Position numbers and translations under genes: made by a program. DNA of 64,000 nucleotides from an uncultured Lentisphaerales bacterium (GTDB lineage Bacteria > Verrucomicrobiota > Lentisphaeria > JABSQK01 > UBA12247), in assembly GCA_943788985.1 (NCBI GenBank), contig CALSSJ010000005.1, forward strand, positions 1 through 64,000, in the 5' to 3' direction. Every line of letters begins with the position of its first letter. Positions within the stretch are counted from its first letter, which is position 1. This document shows, piece by piece, positions 30,001 to 40,493 of the stretch. The notes under the pieces are model-generated. The model was not told the DNA's origin. It was given only the letters and a program-made list of their open reading frames with translations, and made no database searches.

Positions 30001-30180
30001 ACGCCCCTCCTATTCATACGTGATCGCAAGAAAGACGCCGCTGGCATGACCACCCCTTACCTATGTGCTGGCCCGCTATGCTATCGCGGTCACGAAGGCA
30101 ATCGTCCTATATCGTTCTCGTGGGAGCTGGAGACGCCACTTCCAGCTCGGGCTTTTTCTTGGGCTCAGCAGGCAGGGTGA
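27097..30180 (+). CDS. PLD nuclease-SF2 helicase-DUF3427 protein (SauUSI-like type IV restriction architecture)
   Basis: LHAK...IGSANLS; ATGTGKT, DEAHH, TATPER, QQIGRGLR; C-terminal REGV...FSPTTMYQDYAI...FHWQSQS. Confidence 0.9.
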   Translation: MSHSDSNHDESERFPEGLYDRLATEELREVLGGENPNVRWEKVDPAELYDRVAAYYAHELAQTLSTSAGQAVTTADLSRLVQSLFAEKKLPLVPAKSLTQIGTKSVSRPETPLALSALLTGSSRSPSLRAQLVRELQSCDRADWLVSFIKFSGLRPLLDALREFTATPAELGPRLRIATTSYMGATDIRAVEELLKLPNTEVRVSYDTHRTRLHAKAYLFYRHTGFGSAYIGSANLSKHAIDEGLEWTAKISQAQLPYLWQQATATFESHWRDEVEFTRCTLDSVSEFHAALNAQRAQPDALPTFFDLRPYTFQKAILEDIADERSAGKERHLVIAATGTGKTMIAAFDYRAFAKGGCNRRPSLLFLAHREEILKQACDSFRAVLRDGSFGEIKTGQTRLTQDKHVFCTVQSWRSQLGQLPANHFDYVVLDEAHHAKAQTYEEILDYLRPVSLLGLTATPERLDGGDIRARFAGTYTHELRLGDAIDGKLLVPFHYYGISDLPGLSLEDVQWRGTGYDQAQLTDRLCSDERAGWVLEQAKNYVAELQVMKAIAFCVSIKHANHMAAFAAERGIGAIALTSQTSREERIAAQRRLQTGELQLVCTVDLYNEGVDLPFVDAVLLLRPTESLTIFLQQIGRGLRTFDNKSHLTILDYIAPQHDRFNYADRFRAFSSNRSRRIDDQISAGMPYVPAGCFVQLERQASETVLANIGIAARRLKARRIQQELRALWEVEQRRPELTELLNALLCDTPDAIYRLVLPSMALDQATNREIELEPKQEMQLRKGLRRLLRIDDSHLLDQYCDFLNGKACDQQIIALVHSVLWGAGEKGLTLTGSKEFLRARPGLTADLLDLVDWKRSRDVARPFIPCKGLNAISVHGSYTREQVILAAGHGTFEHPVSNREGVLHVPERKLDIFFADIHKSEADFSPTTMYQDYAITQNLFHWQSQSATHSNSRVGRRYIEHEDRGYTPLLFIRDRKKDAAGMTTPYLCAGPLCYRGHEGNRPISFSWELETPLPARAFSWAQQAG

Positions 30181-30199
30181 GCATGAGCGGATGTAGCGA

Positions 30200-30530
30200 C
30201 AACCGCCGATGGACACGAATGTGGGAGTAGGAAGGAAGATTTCACCACGGAGGACACGGAGAGCACGGAGAAGAAGGAGGGGAGAGGAGAGCCAGGAAGG
30301 TGGCCCGTAGGTATGGCGTCAGGAGGTCATGAGCGTCGTCGGGAGTCGGGAGTCGGTAGTCAGGAGTCCTATCAAACCGGCAGGGAAAGGAGAAGCGTGG
30401 AGGCTGTGGGGGAGTGGGAAGGAAGACTTTACCACGGAGGTCACGGAGAGCACGGAGAAGAAAGAGGTGGGGAGGTTGCCAGATGAATCTGGCGGTACGG
30501 GGAGAACCGCCTGAAGGCGGGACTACGAGC
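30200..30530. repeat. Composite intergenic repeat patch (CACGGAG units, GGGAGTC units, REP-like CCGCCTGAAGGCGGGACTAC)
   Basis: ACCACGGAGGACACGGAGAGCACGGAG at ~30244, a near-identical copy at ~30431 and a shorter one at ~12605. Confidence 0.7.
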
Positions 30531-30631
30531 CCTCTACTGATGCGGCAAAACTGCGCCATCATTCTGCAGGGCGGGCACCGGACCGTTATCTTGCCCCGTT
30601 CTCGGGAGCCTACCGTCACTAGCCTGCTCTC

Positions 30632-31180
30632 ATGAATCATGTCGGCCAAACTACTCGGGGTTTCGCCGTTGTGCTTCTGAGTCTCTGGTCGTTCTAACTT
30701 CTCGGTGGGTATCGCGGTAGTTGGCCATCACAACAAGGTTCCGGATGAGTGTGTGCTCTGTCATTCGATGGTTGCCTACGGGGCGCCGAACCGCTGGCAC
30801 AAGCGCTCGCATCGTGGTCGCAAGCGCTGCGGGATGCAGTTTGCCAGGTGGTCGGTTCGGGTTAAGCTGGGGCAGACCAAGCAGCCTAAGTACGATCCGG
30901 ATGTGTGGGCGAAGCGGTTGGTCAACGCCGATCCCTACCTGGCCAAAGTGCCGTATGGGACGGCTTCTGCGCAGGAGAAGGCGTTGCAGCGCTATGCATC
31001 CAGTGCTGCGGACGTGATCTCCGCAACGCGTTCGGCCTGGGACATCGCGCGGGATCGCTACAGGAGCGCAGGGATCACCTATGTTTCCCCAATGGCAGGC
31101 AGGCAGGCACGTGGCAATGAGATCAGGGACTGGAAGGCGATGCCGGCTGGGACGAAGTTGATTTTGCCTGCTGAACGCCC
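30632..31180 (+). pseudogene. Degraded gene, possibly N-acetylmuramoyl-L-alanine amidase-like
   Basis: Signal-peptide stub MNHVGQTTRGFAVVLL, then in another frame HSMVAYGAPNRWH...RGRKRCG...YDPDV...NADPYLA; family assignment from memory only. Confidence 0.4.
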
Positions 31181-31285
31181 AGAGACCCGCCAATTTCCGA
31201 GAGATTCGGCGCGGGATCGAATGGATGGTAGAAGGCCACTGCCGTGGCGCACTACCAACGAGGGGGGGCGCGTAGGGAGACGCGA

Positions 31286-32146
31286 TCAGCTGAAGATGAT
31301 GGTGCGATTGTCGTGGACGGCGATTCGCTCTTCCAGGTGCAGGCGCACGGCGCGTGAGAGGACGATCTTCTCGTTGTCGCGGCCCTTGCGTATCAGGTCG
31401 CGCACGGGGTCGCGATGGCTGACGCGAACGGTGTCTTGATCGATGATCGGGCCTTCGTCCAAGTCTTCAGTGACGTAGTGGGCAGTGGCCCCAATGATCT
31501 TTACGCCTCGTTCATGCGCCCGGTGATAGGGCTTGGCACCGGCGAAGGCCGGAAGAAAGGAGTGGTGGATGTTGATAATGCGCTCGCTGTAGGCAGAGGC
31601 GAAGCTGCTCGACAGAATCTGCATGTAGCGGGCCAGGACTACAAAGTCGATCGCATGTTCGGCCAGTAGGGCGAGTTGCTGGGCTTCTTGATCGGCCTTG
31701 TTATCACGTGTAACGACGAGTTGGTGAAAGTCACAGCCAAACTGCCGCGCAGTATCTGCGAAGGTATCGTGATTGCTGATTACGAGGGGGATGTCGACGT
31801 CTAATTCGCCGGACTGGGAGCGCGTAAGCAGGTCCCAGAGGCAGTGGCCCATCTGCGAGACCAAGATGGCCATGCGCGGGCGATTCCCCGGGAGGCGGAT
31901 GCGCCAGTTCAGTCCCAGTGGCTCTCCGATTTCACGCGCGAACGCATCATGAATCTGGCCGCTTGGGATGATAAAGTGGTCCAAGTCCCATTCAATCCGA
32001 ATGAAGAATTGATCCGTGCTGCGATCGACATGTTGGTCGAGCTCCAGCAAGTTCCCGTGATGGTTGTGAAACCATTGAGTGATCGTCGCGACCAATCCAG
32101 TTCGGTCCGCGCATTGCGCGACCAGTATGGCACGGGAGTCCGGCAA
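31286..32146 (-). CDS. purU: Formyltetrahydrofolate deformylase (start codon uncertain)
   Basis: ACT domain CADRTGLVA; VLARYMQIL, INIHHSFLPAFAGAKPY, GATAHYVTEDLDEGPII. Confidence 0.95.
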   Translation of the reverse strand: MPDSRAILVAQCADRTGLVATITQWFHNHHGNLLELDQHVDRSTDQFFIRIEWDLDHFIIPSGQIHDAFAREIGEPLGLNWRIRLPGNRPRMAILVSQMGHCLWDLLTRSQSGELDVDIPLVISNHDTFADTARQFGCDFHQLVVTRDNKADQEAQQLALLAEHAIDFVVLARYMQILSSSFASAYSERIINIHHSFLPAFAGAKPYHRAHERGVKIIGATAHYVTEDLDEGPIIDQDTVRVSHRDPVRDLIRKGRDNEKIVLSRAVRLHLEERIAVHDNRTIIFS

Positions 32147-32868
32147 AGCTACGCGCTGTTGCGCTCTACTCTTCGCCTTCGTCTTCTTCTTCCAATTCCG
32201 CCACAATCCGGGCGCGTTGGAGAGTGCGTTCGGCGCTAGTGAGGCCACGCCACCAACGCTTTAGGTCGCTGGGCTTTTGGTCCGAATATTCGGCCCACTG
32301 ATTTAAAAGACGTGCAGTCCGTTCGTTCATCGTGCTATTACCTAAAAATAATGCTGGATAATGCCTGGCCTGCCGTTGGCTCGCACGGCTGCTCTGGCGA
32401 AAAACAAGCGCGTAAGGTAGTCGCAGGCCATGTTCCCGTCAAGCGCAGCCTCGACTGAGACTACAGACGCACTGTTGTCGGGCAGTTAGGGGTGCCTATT
32501 CTATCGCGATTGTGACGCTTTCGCTGTCCTCCGGCAGGGGCACGTACGAGGCTCCGCCTTCAGCGAGGTGGTGAGGGTAGTAGGTGCGGAGCTTCGCCAA
32601 GGCGCTGTTCTTATCGCTGCCCGGGGTGAATTTGATGTGGACACTACGCGGGCCCGGGGCGCAAGGCCCTTGCAGTGGCCTGGGTCATTACGATGCTGCA
32701 CAGCAGCTCCAGGACGCGATCGAAGAGCGCGAGCAAAACGCCTGAATCTCCAACAGCCAACAGCCGAAGGCAGCTGGGATGCATGCTCCACGGTCTTGAT
32801 TTGGCAATTGGACATTCCGTATCGACAGTTGGATATTGTCTCCATCCTCACCGAACTACGAGTGCACC

Positions 32869-34260
32869 ATGTCCCAGCCGAATATCCTTCTAATTAACTG
32901 CGACGATCTTGGCTATGGCGACCTTGGCTGCTATGGCTCGACGCGAAATAAGACGCCCCATCTCGACAACATGGCCGAGCAGGGCCTACGGTTGACCGAT
33001 TTCTACGTGGCCAGCCCGATCTGCTCGCCATCGCGCGGTGCCATGATGACCGGCTGCTATCCGCCGCGCATCGGTTTCGGCGACTTCGATGGCGCTGGCG
33101 TCCTCTTTCCCGGCGCCGCCATCGGCCTGCATCAGGACGAGCACACCCTGCCTCAACTACTGCGCGATGCTGGCTACCGCACCAAGCTGGTCGGCAAGTG
33201 GCATTGTGGCGACCAGCCCGAGTTCCTCCCTTGCGAACGCGGCTTCGATGAATACTACGGCATCCCCTTCAGTAACGACATGGGCCGGCAGGTCGGCCAT
33301 GAGCACCGCCCCCCGCTACCGCTAGTGCGCGACTCCAAAGTCATCCAGGAGCAGCCCGCCCAAGCCGGGCTCACGGAGCGCTACACCGAAGAATGCGTCC
33401 GTTTTATTCGCGACAATCAGGACGGTCCCTTCTTCCTTTACCTCGCACACATGTACGTCCATGTCCCGCTCTTTGTCCCCCGACAATTCCTCGCGGCGTC
33501 GGAGAATGGTGGCTATGGCGGTGCTGTCGCTCACATCGACTGGACCACCGGCGTGTTGTTGGACGAGCTGCGTGAACTCGGGATCGACGACAACTCCATC
33601 ATCATCTTCACCAGTGACAACGGCTCTCGGGCCCGTGATGAGGGCGGCAGTAATGCCCCCTGCCGTGGTACCAAGGGCACCACTTGGGAAGGCGGCCAGC
33701 GCGTGCCTTGCATCATCCGCTGGCCCGATAAGATCACCGCTGGGCAGACCAGTGACGCCATCACCTCAGCCATCGACTTCCTGCCGACCCTCGCCACGCT
33801 TGCTGGGGCCATACATCCCACTGACCGCCAGATCGACGGTCTGGACCAATCCGCCCAGTGGTTGGGCCAGTCAGCTGAATCAGTCAGAGACACATTTGTC
33901 TACTATTTCATGGATCGTCTCGAGGCTGTGCGCCAGGGAGACTGGAAGCTACATCTCGGAACCACGCGCAGCTGGGGAAAGAACCTCACCTGTGAAGAAC
34001 CCGCCCTGTTCAACCTCCGCGAAGACGTGGGCGAGCAGACCAATCTTTATGCCGATCACCCGGACATCGTCGCCACCCTCCAGGACGTTGCGGACTCCGT
34101 ACGCGCCGACCTTGGCGACTCATTCCAGGGCGTCGAAGGCGCTGGGCGTCGGCCGCACGGCCGCATCGAGAATCCGCAGCCGTTGACCACGTACGATCCC
34201 GATCACCCGTACATGGTCGCGATGTACGACTCTGCCGACAGTAAAGTCATGGCTGGCTAG
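32869..34260 (+). CDS. Arylsulfatase A-like sulfatase, no signal peptide
   Basis: PNILLINCDDLGYGD, CSPSR, GKWH, FSNDM, HVPL, FTSDNG, WEGGQRVP. Confidence 0.93.
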   Translation: MSQPNILLINCDDLGYGDLGCYGSTRNKTPHLDNMAEQGLRLTDFYVASPICSPSRGAMMTGCYPPRIGFGDFDGAGVLFPGAAIGLHQDEHTLPQLLRDAGYRTKLVGKWHCGDQPEFLPCERGFDEYYGIPFSNDMGRQVGHEHRPPLPLVRDSKVIQEQPAQAGLTERYTEECVRFIRDNQDGPFFLYLAHMYVHVPLFVPRQFLAASENGGYGGAVAHIDWTTGVLLDELRELGIDDNSIIIFTSDNGSRARDEGGSNAPCRGTKGTTWEGGQRVPCIIRWPDKITAGQTSDAITSAIDFLPTLATLAGAIHPTDRQIDGLDQSAQWLGQSAESVRDTFVYYFMDRLEAVRQGDWKLHLGTTRSWGKNLTCEEPALFNLREDVGEQTNLYADHPDIVATLQDVADSVRADLGDSFQGVEGAGRRPHGRIENPQPLTTYDPDHPYMVAMYDSADSKVMAG

Positions 34261-34353
34261 ATGGTGCGACGTGTCTCCATGCACGCCGGGAGTTTCGGGA
34301 GAAACGCGCAGAACCGTTTGGCATAGGGCGGATATAGCGTAGCATACTCCCGT

Positions 34354-34514
34354 TGAGGAAACCGGTGCGGGAGAGAGGTGGCTTGCCACCCGCCGAAGGT
34401 GAAAGAACTCCCCGTAAGCTCTCAGGCAAAAGGACCGTGCCGGCATCTCAATCTCTGGAGAGCAGCCATGCGCTCACCGAAGGAGTTTACACTCTCAGGT
34501 ATCTGGACAGAGCG
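34354..34514 (+). ncRNA. Tandem glycine riboswitch
   Basis: Two aptamers (~34362-34443 and ~34453-34512), each with GGAGAG...CCGAAGG...CTCTCAGG...GGAC, directly upstream of gcvP. Confidence 0.93.
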
Positions 34515-34545
34515 GGGTAATTGAAACTCTCCTCGGAGAACACCT

Positions 34546-37393
34546 GTGCCTTCTGCTTCCATCTCTTCCGACTCCGCGACCACCCCATCCTGGTATGGCG
34601 AATTAGCGCCGCCTCACTTTGTCCACCGCCATCTGGGGGTCGACGCCGATACCTGTCAAGGCATGCTCCAGACCCTCGGCCTCGAGTCCGCGCAGGATTT
34701 GGTCGATGAAATCGTACCTGGTCACCTCAAGCGCCGCAGCAAGCTCGACCTGCCAGCGCCTTGTACCGAAGAAGAGGCCCTAGCTGAGCTTTGGGAGATC
34801 GCAGACCGAAACGTGCGCACTCGCTGCTGGATCGGACAGGGCTTTTACGGCAGTCATCTGCCGCCCGTGCTGCTGCGAAACCTGCTCGAGAACCCCGGTT
34901 GGTACACCCAATACACGCCCTACCAGGCCGAGATTTCACAGGGCCGCCTCGAGCTGCTCTTTGCCTTTCAGACCCTGATCACCGAGCTCACCGGCCTCCC
35001 GGTCGCAAATGCTAGCCTGCTCGACGAAGCCAGCGCCGTTGGCGAGGGCGTTTCGCTCGCCTTTGGCCAGCTTCGCAGACGTCGGCGCACCGTCGTTGCG
35101 GACTGCGCACTGCATCCGCAATCCTTGGCCGTGCTTCGCACGCGGACCGAGGCACTTGGCATCACCCTGCTCGTGCAGGACGCCTTTAGCGCCGAGCTAC
35201 CGCAGGATGACCTGTGCGCCGTGGTCGTGCAGACGCCCGACACATTTGGCCGACTTCGTGACGGTCTCGCAGCACTTGCGGACTCCGCACATGCCGCCGG
35301 TGCCTTGGTGGTTGCCGCCGTCGACCCTCTCGCACAATGCCTGCTGCACACCCCCGCTTCGTGGGGCGCAGATATCGCCGTGGGCGTAACCCAGCGATTT
35401 GGCCTGCCCGTGGGCTTCGGCGGCCCACATGCCGGCTTCATCGCCGTCACTGACAAGCTCAAGCGCAAGCTTCCCGGCCGCATCGTCGGCCTATCCGTCG
35501 ATCGCAACGGCAAGCCCGCCTATCGCCTAGCGCTGCAGACCCGCGAGCAACACATCCGGCGCGAAACCGCCACCTCAAACATTTGTACTGCTCAGGTCCT
35601 CCCCGCACTGCTCGCTACTGCCTACGCCGCTTGGCACGGCCCGCAGGGCCTCAGACGCATCGCTCAACGCGTGCAGTCACTTACCGCTTGGCTACAAGCC
35701 TCCTTGCAGAAAGCGGGCATTGCCGTCGAAACCGACGCCGTCTTCGGCACGCTTACCGCCGAGGCACCAGCCGGACTCTTTGCTGCTGCGGACTCGGCAG
35801 GAATCAGCGTTCGCTCGCTCGCGGGTAGCCGCGTTGGCCTCAGCCTGGATGAAACCACCACCGTGGCCGACATCCACGCCATTCTGGGCCTGTTTGGCGC
35901 ATCAGCCTCCAGCCAGGTCCCTGCGAACCTCGCAACGCCGTGGCTGCGAACCAGCGAATTGCTGCCGCAAGAGGTCTTTGGCAGCTATCATAGCGAGCAC
36001 GAAATGCTGCGCTTTCTGACCCCGCCTGCAGCATCGCGATCTTTCCCTCGCGCAATCCATGATCCCGCTTGGCTCCTGCACCATGAAGCTCAATGCCGCT
36101 GCCGAGATGATCCCGCTGACCTGGCCCTCCATCGGCCAGATGCATCCCTACGTGCCAGCCACGCACGCTCGGGGCTATGCCGAGATCTGCACAGATCTCG
36201 AAAACTGGCTCTCCACCATCACCGAGCTGCCCGGCTGCAGCTTGCAGCCGAACGCTGGCTCCCAAGGCGAATATGCTGGCCTGATCGCTATTCGCGCCTA
36301 TCTGCAGGCGCAGGGCCAGGCTGGTCGCGATGTCTGCCTCATCCCGGCCTCGGCGCACGGCACCAACCCTGCCTCGGCGGTACTAGCCGGGTTCCGGGTC
36401 GTCACCGTCGCCTGTAGCGACAATGGCGACATCGACCTTCGCGACCTCCACCTGAAAGTAGCCGAGCACGCCGAGACTCTCGGTGCCCTCATGATCACCT
36501 ACCCGTCTACCCACGGCGTTTTTGAGGAAGCCGTAGCCGAGGTCTGCGCCATTGTTCATCAAGCAGGCGGCCAAGTCTATATGGATGGGGCGAACATGAA
36601 CGCCCAGGTTGGCCTTACCTCGCCCGGCGCGATCGGTGCCGATGTCTGCCATGTCAATCTGCACAAGACCTTCTGCATTCCTCACGGCGGCGGTGGTCCT
36701 GGCATGGGGCCTATTTGCGTCGTCGAGCATCTGTGTCCCTATCTGCCGACCGATCCGGCGTCAGCCATCGATCCGCCGATTGCGATCTCCGCAACCCACT
36801 ATGGCAGTGCCAGCATCCTGACCATATCTTGGATGTATGTCCGGATGATGGGGGCCTCTGGGCTCACCAGCGCCACGCGGGTGGCGTTGCTCAACGCCAA
36901 CTACATGGCGACCCGCCTGGCCGACCACTTTCCGGTCCTGTACACTGGGCGCAACGATCGCGTCGCCCACGAGTTCATTCTCGATCTGCGGCCCTTGCTC
37001 GGCGAAAGCGGTCTCACGGTCGAGGACGTCGCCAAGCGTCTGATGGACTACGGCTTTCATGCACCCACCGTCTCCTGGCCCGTGGCCGGCACCATCATGA
37101 TCGAACCGACCGAGAGCGAGTCACGAGAGGAACTGGATCGTTACTGCGAAGCGTTGATCGAGATAGCCAGCGAGCTCGACGCCATCCGTAGCGGCGCAAT
37201 CAGCGCCGCTGACAGCCCATTGCACTACGCGCCCCACACCCAGGCGGACCTGCTTGGCAGCTGGGATCGCGCCTACACACGAGAGCAGGCTGCCTTTCCG
37301 CTACCATGGGTTGCCGGTCGCAAATTCTGGCCATTTGTCGCCAGGATCGACAACGCCTATGGCGACCGCAATCTCGTCTGCGCTTGTAGCTGA
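34546..37393 (+). CDS. gcvP: Glycine dehydrogenase (P protein), one frameshift at ~36020
   Basis: [79 protein letters not shown]. Confidence 0.96.
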
Positions 37394-37493
37394 GCTGTTT
37401 AAAGCGCCAAATATGTCTCCGGAAACGCCCTCTGGCCCCCTCCAGAGCGCCGGGAATGACGCTGAACAGGGAGCCTGATATTCTTGCCATCTC

Positions 37494-37574
37494 GAGTGGA
37501 TGATCGAGCGTAGCCGATGGTAAAACGACCGGACTGGGAAAGCCCAACTATTACGCCCTGGAAGGGGGACAGAA
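37494..37574 (+). repeat. Dispersed copy of the REP-like unit at 3541-3621
   Basis: GATGATCGAGCGTAGCCGATGGTAAAACGACCGGA...ATTACGCCCTGGAAGGGG aligns with the 3.5-kb copy. Confidence 0.7.
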
Positions 37575-37687
37575 GGAGGGTAAGCACCCACTCAAGGACT
37601 GGAAATGCGGCGACTGGTGCTTGAGCTCAGGTCAGAACGGAAGGTCATCATCCAACTGATGGGAGTCGGTGCCGCCCTGCTCGCTCT

Positions 37688-37770
37688 GGCCCGCGCAGAA
37701 ATAACGTTACATTTTGCTGCTGGTCGGGGCGGCGAACGGCCATCTGCGGCGTTAATTCGGCGCGGGCCCC
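37688..37770. mobile_element. MITE-like element (short, internally deleted copy) with terminal inverted repeats
   Basis: GGCCCGCGCAGAAATAAC ... GTTAATTCGGCGCGGGCC (18-nt inverted repeat, 2 mismatches). Confidence 0.65.
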
Positions 37771-38008
37771 AAGCTGGCAGCAAATCGTTGAGATAGACCG
37801 TCCCGGCACCATAGGGGGAAGTAAGGGTTCCAGAGCCCGAGACTTCGGGATCGTCGAAAGCGAAGGCTTTGGGGTGCTCGTCCGCGAACAGGTAGTTCAC
37901 CCGTCCCCTGTGGAGTGTCAAGGTTATGGTGCTGGGAGCCAAGTCGGCACGGATTTGCACGCCGACGCTGTTGGTATCGATTTGATAAGGAGCGATGTTG
38001 TTGACCAC
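37771..38008 (-). pseudogene. C-terminal fragment of a prepilin-associated H-X9-DG protein
   Basis: LHRGRVNYLFADEH motif variant; no N-terminus. Confidence 0.5.
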
Positions 38009-38048
38009 AGTCGTGGTCCCGGACTGTCTGTTCTAATCCTGAGCCAGT

Positions 38049-38565
38049 TCAGTGAGCAAGGCGGTTTCGGCCCGATGCCGCGGCTGTATGGAGTGGGGTT
38101 GCATTGCTCGAATTTCGCCGCGCTGGCAGGGCTCCCTTGTTTAACAACCAGCTGATTAATTCCACTTGCTCAGCCTCCAATATCAGGCACCAGTAGCGGT
38201 CGTAACGAGTGCTATTGACAACAGAATGCAGTGCCATTTCTCTCCACCATGCGAGGGTTAAAGCTGGCCGCCGCTTTATGCAGCCGGGTTTCGCGCGAAG
38301 CATTGCGAGCGTGAATATTTGCCCCCTATTCAAGATCGCTGTAGCGACTGATATTTCGGCCATTCGACAAGCCACATGTAACGGAGTGTGAGGGTCGTCT
38401 GGACTGGTTGCTGTAAGATCAGCCCCGTGTTCAATCAGCAGCAAAGCCGCCTTTTGCTTGCGCTAGACCCAAGCCGCGTGCCATGGCCGCCAGCCATCGT
38501 CCTCGTCGCGCAGATTAACTCAGTGTCGCCTTGGGATGCTGCACGGTGAATCTCTTCAGAAACAG
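38049..38565 (-). pseudogene. Ankyrin-repeat gene remnant
   Basis: IHRAASQGD, LLIEHGADL...TPLHVAC and LLNKGA...TPLHTAAASG spread across frames. Confidence 0.7.
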
Positions 38566-38627
38566 CAGTCGCCCCAATTAGGAATCGCCCAACGACATGA
38601 ATTATAATAAATTTTCTGCTTACCCCA

Positions 38628-39765
38628 TCAGCACCTGATAGGCGAACCCCAGGCCCCATCCGTCTGATAGGTCCTGACCACACGGTTGCCAAAGGAGCAG
38701 ATCACGTCGTAGGAGATGGTGCCGCGGGCTTCTGCCCATTCGGCGATCGGGATGTTCTCGCCGAGGCACTCGACTTCGTCGCCAGCCGTGGCTTCCGGTA
38801 GGGCGCTGACATCGACTGTGACGTAGTCCATTGAGACCCGGCCCAGCACAGGGCAGGGCACGCCGCGGATGATCACGCGGCCGCGGTTGGAAAGGGCGAT
38901 CGGGAAGCCATCGGCATAGCCGACGGCAGCGGTGCCGACCCTCGTGTCACGGGCCAAGGTGTGCGTGCAGCCATAGCCGATCGTGGCCCCGGCAGTCATT
39001 TCACGAACCTGGACTAAGCGTGTCTTTAGGGTCAGCACGGTCTCGATCGCGAGGCGGCGCTCGCCTGCGAGGTCGAAGGCGCCGTAGAGATTGATCCCAG
39101 TGCGGACCATGGTGAAGGGGGCATGGCATGACTTGGGCTGGTTGTTTACGCCATCGCTGTTGGCCATGTGCACGTGGTCGAAGCGGATTCCAGCGGCCGC
39201 CAGCTGCTGGAGCAGGGCCGTGAATTCGCGCACTTGTTGGCGGGAGCGTTGGGGATCGCCATAGGCATGGGGGAAATGTGAGTAGATGCCCTCGCAATGT
39301 AGGCCCGGTAGCCGATCGATGTCTTGGATTACGGCGAAGGCGGTGGCGATTGGTAGGCCCAGGCGGCCCATCCCGCTGTCCACCAGTATGTGGCAGGTAG
39401 CGGTGGTTGCTTGCGCGACCGCGGCGGCACTTAGCTCTTTTGCGATCTCCGCATCGCCGATGGGGGCGACCAGGCCACTGCGAACCGCAAGCGGCGCTTC
39501 ATCGGGTAGCAATGCGCCCAAGATGTGAACCGGGCGGTCAAGCTCGAGCAGTGGCAGTGCTTCGCGAACTTCGGCGACGCCAAAGCGGCTGGCGCCAGCC
39601 TTTGCGAGCGCGGCAGCGACGGGGCCACAGCCAATCCCCGTAGGCGTCTGCTTTGAGCACCGGCATGACGTGCAGCGGTGCCACGGTGCGGCAGATCGTG
39701 CGGTAGTTCCGCACCAGCGCCGTCAGGTTTACCTCTAACCAGACGCGTGGCGCGGCGTCGCTCAT
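38628..39765 (-). CDS. alr: Alanine racemase, frameshifts near 39630 and 39530
   Basis: VLKADAYG (PLP lysine), VDSGMGRLG, HMANS, VGYADG, LGRVSMD, TISYDV. Confidence 0.92.
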
Positions 39766-40463
39766 GCGGTTTCGCTCAACGGCACGACGTAGCTGCATTC
39801 CGGGAAGTTTCGGCAGCCCCAGAATTCATGCGAGTCTTGATCGCCGACGCTGGAACGACAGCGCGCCATGGCGACGCCACATTGCGGGCACAGTGGTGCC
39901 GCAGACACGGGCACGCCTGCTTCGTGCGCGTCGCCCGGCAGCTTGGTCGAGTCATCGGCATACTCTCCTAGCGCCAGCCCGCGAAACACTTCCTCCCGAA
40001 GCTCTTCCTCGTCATACTCATCTTGGGCATCGATTCGCAAGAGTGGAATGTCCGCCGATGCCAGTACGTCCTCGACAAAGCCACTGCGGATATAGCGTTG
40101 CCGGCGTGGATCTTCCAGGTCCTCGAGTTCGATGGCGCCGCACACCGTGAGGTCCGAGGCCTGACAGACCACGATCCCGACCCGCCGCCGTTCCGAGCGC
40201 CCGCGAACCCGCCGCCGCACGTCGTCTGCCAGGTTTTGGTCCGGCGTCACCATATCGGCGAGTCTGACCTTGCCGAATACGCGAAACTGCGGGCCCAGGC
40301 AGCGGGTCAGCACCAGCACAAAGTCGCGCTCCGAGGGGCTAAAAAAAGAGCGAAGGCCGACGAAAGGCGCGGTTGCATCCTCGGCACGCGAGCTAGTAGG
40401 CTCGCGCCGTAAGTAGGCTAGGACCACGCCCACCAAAACAGCAGATGCGGCGGACAGCAACAC
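39762..40463 (-). CDS. DUF2726 protein with C-terminal topoisomerase-type zinc ribbon
   Basis: FGKVRLAD, AIELED, IPLLRI; CPQCG...FWGCRNFPEC. Confidence 0.8.
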   Translation of the reverse strand: MLLSAASAVLVGVVLAYLRREPTSSRAEDATAPFVGLRSFFSPSERDFVLVLTRCLGPQFRVFGKVRLADMVTPDQNLADDVRRRVRGRSERRRVGIVVCQASDLTVCGAIELEDLEDPRRQRYIRSGFVEDVLASADIPLLRIDAQDEYDEEELREEVFRGLALGEYADDSTKLPGDAHEAGVPVSAAPLCPQCGVAMARCRSSVGDQDSHEFWGCRNFPECSYVVPLSETA

Positions 40464-40493
40464 TCGCCACCGCCAACGCAGCGTGAACAGAAA

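Noticed and set aside
22818..30180. Type III or type I restriction-modification system, or DISARM
   Set aside because: No methyltransferase or specificity subunit, and no DUF1998 or standalone PLD gene.
30200..30530. CRISPR array (also considered 3470-3600 and 22469-22510)
   Set aside because: Units are short and degenerate, lack regular unique spacers, and no cas genes are present.
32250..32860. ncRNA or tRNA in the purU-sulfatase gap
   Set aside because: No recognisable RNA motif; at most a short coding remnant ending QDAIEEREQNA*.
36000..36080. Natural gcvPA/gcvPB split or programmed frameshift
   Set aside because: Removing one C gives a continuous single-chain sequence ([25 protein letters not shown]); no separate start or slippery heptamer is seen.
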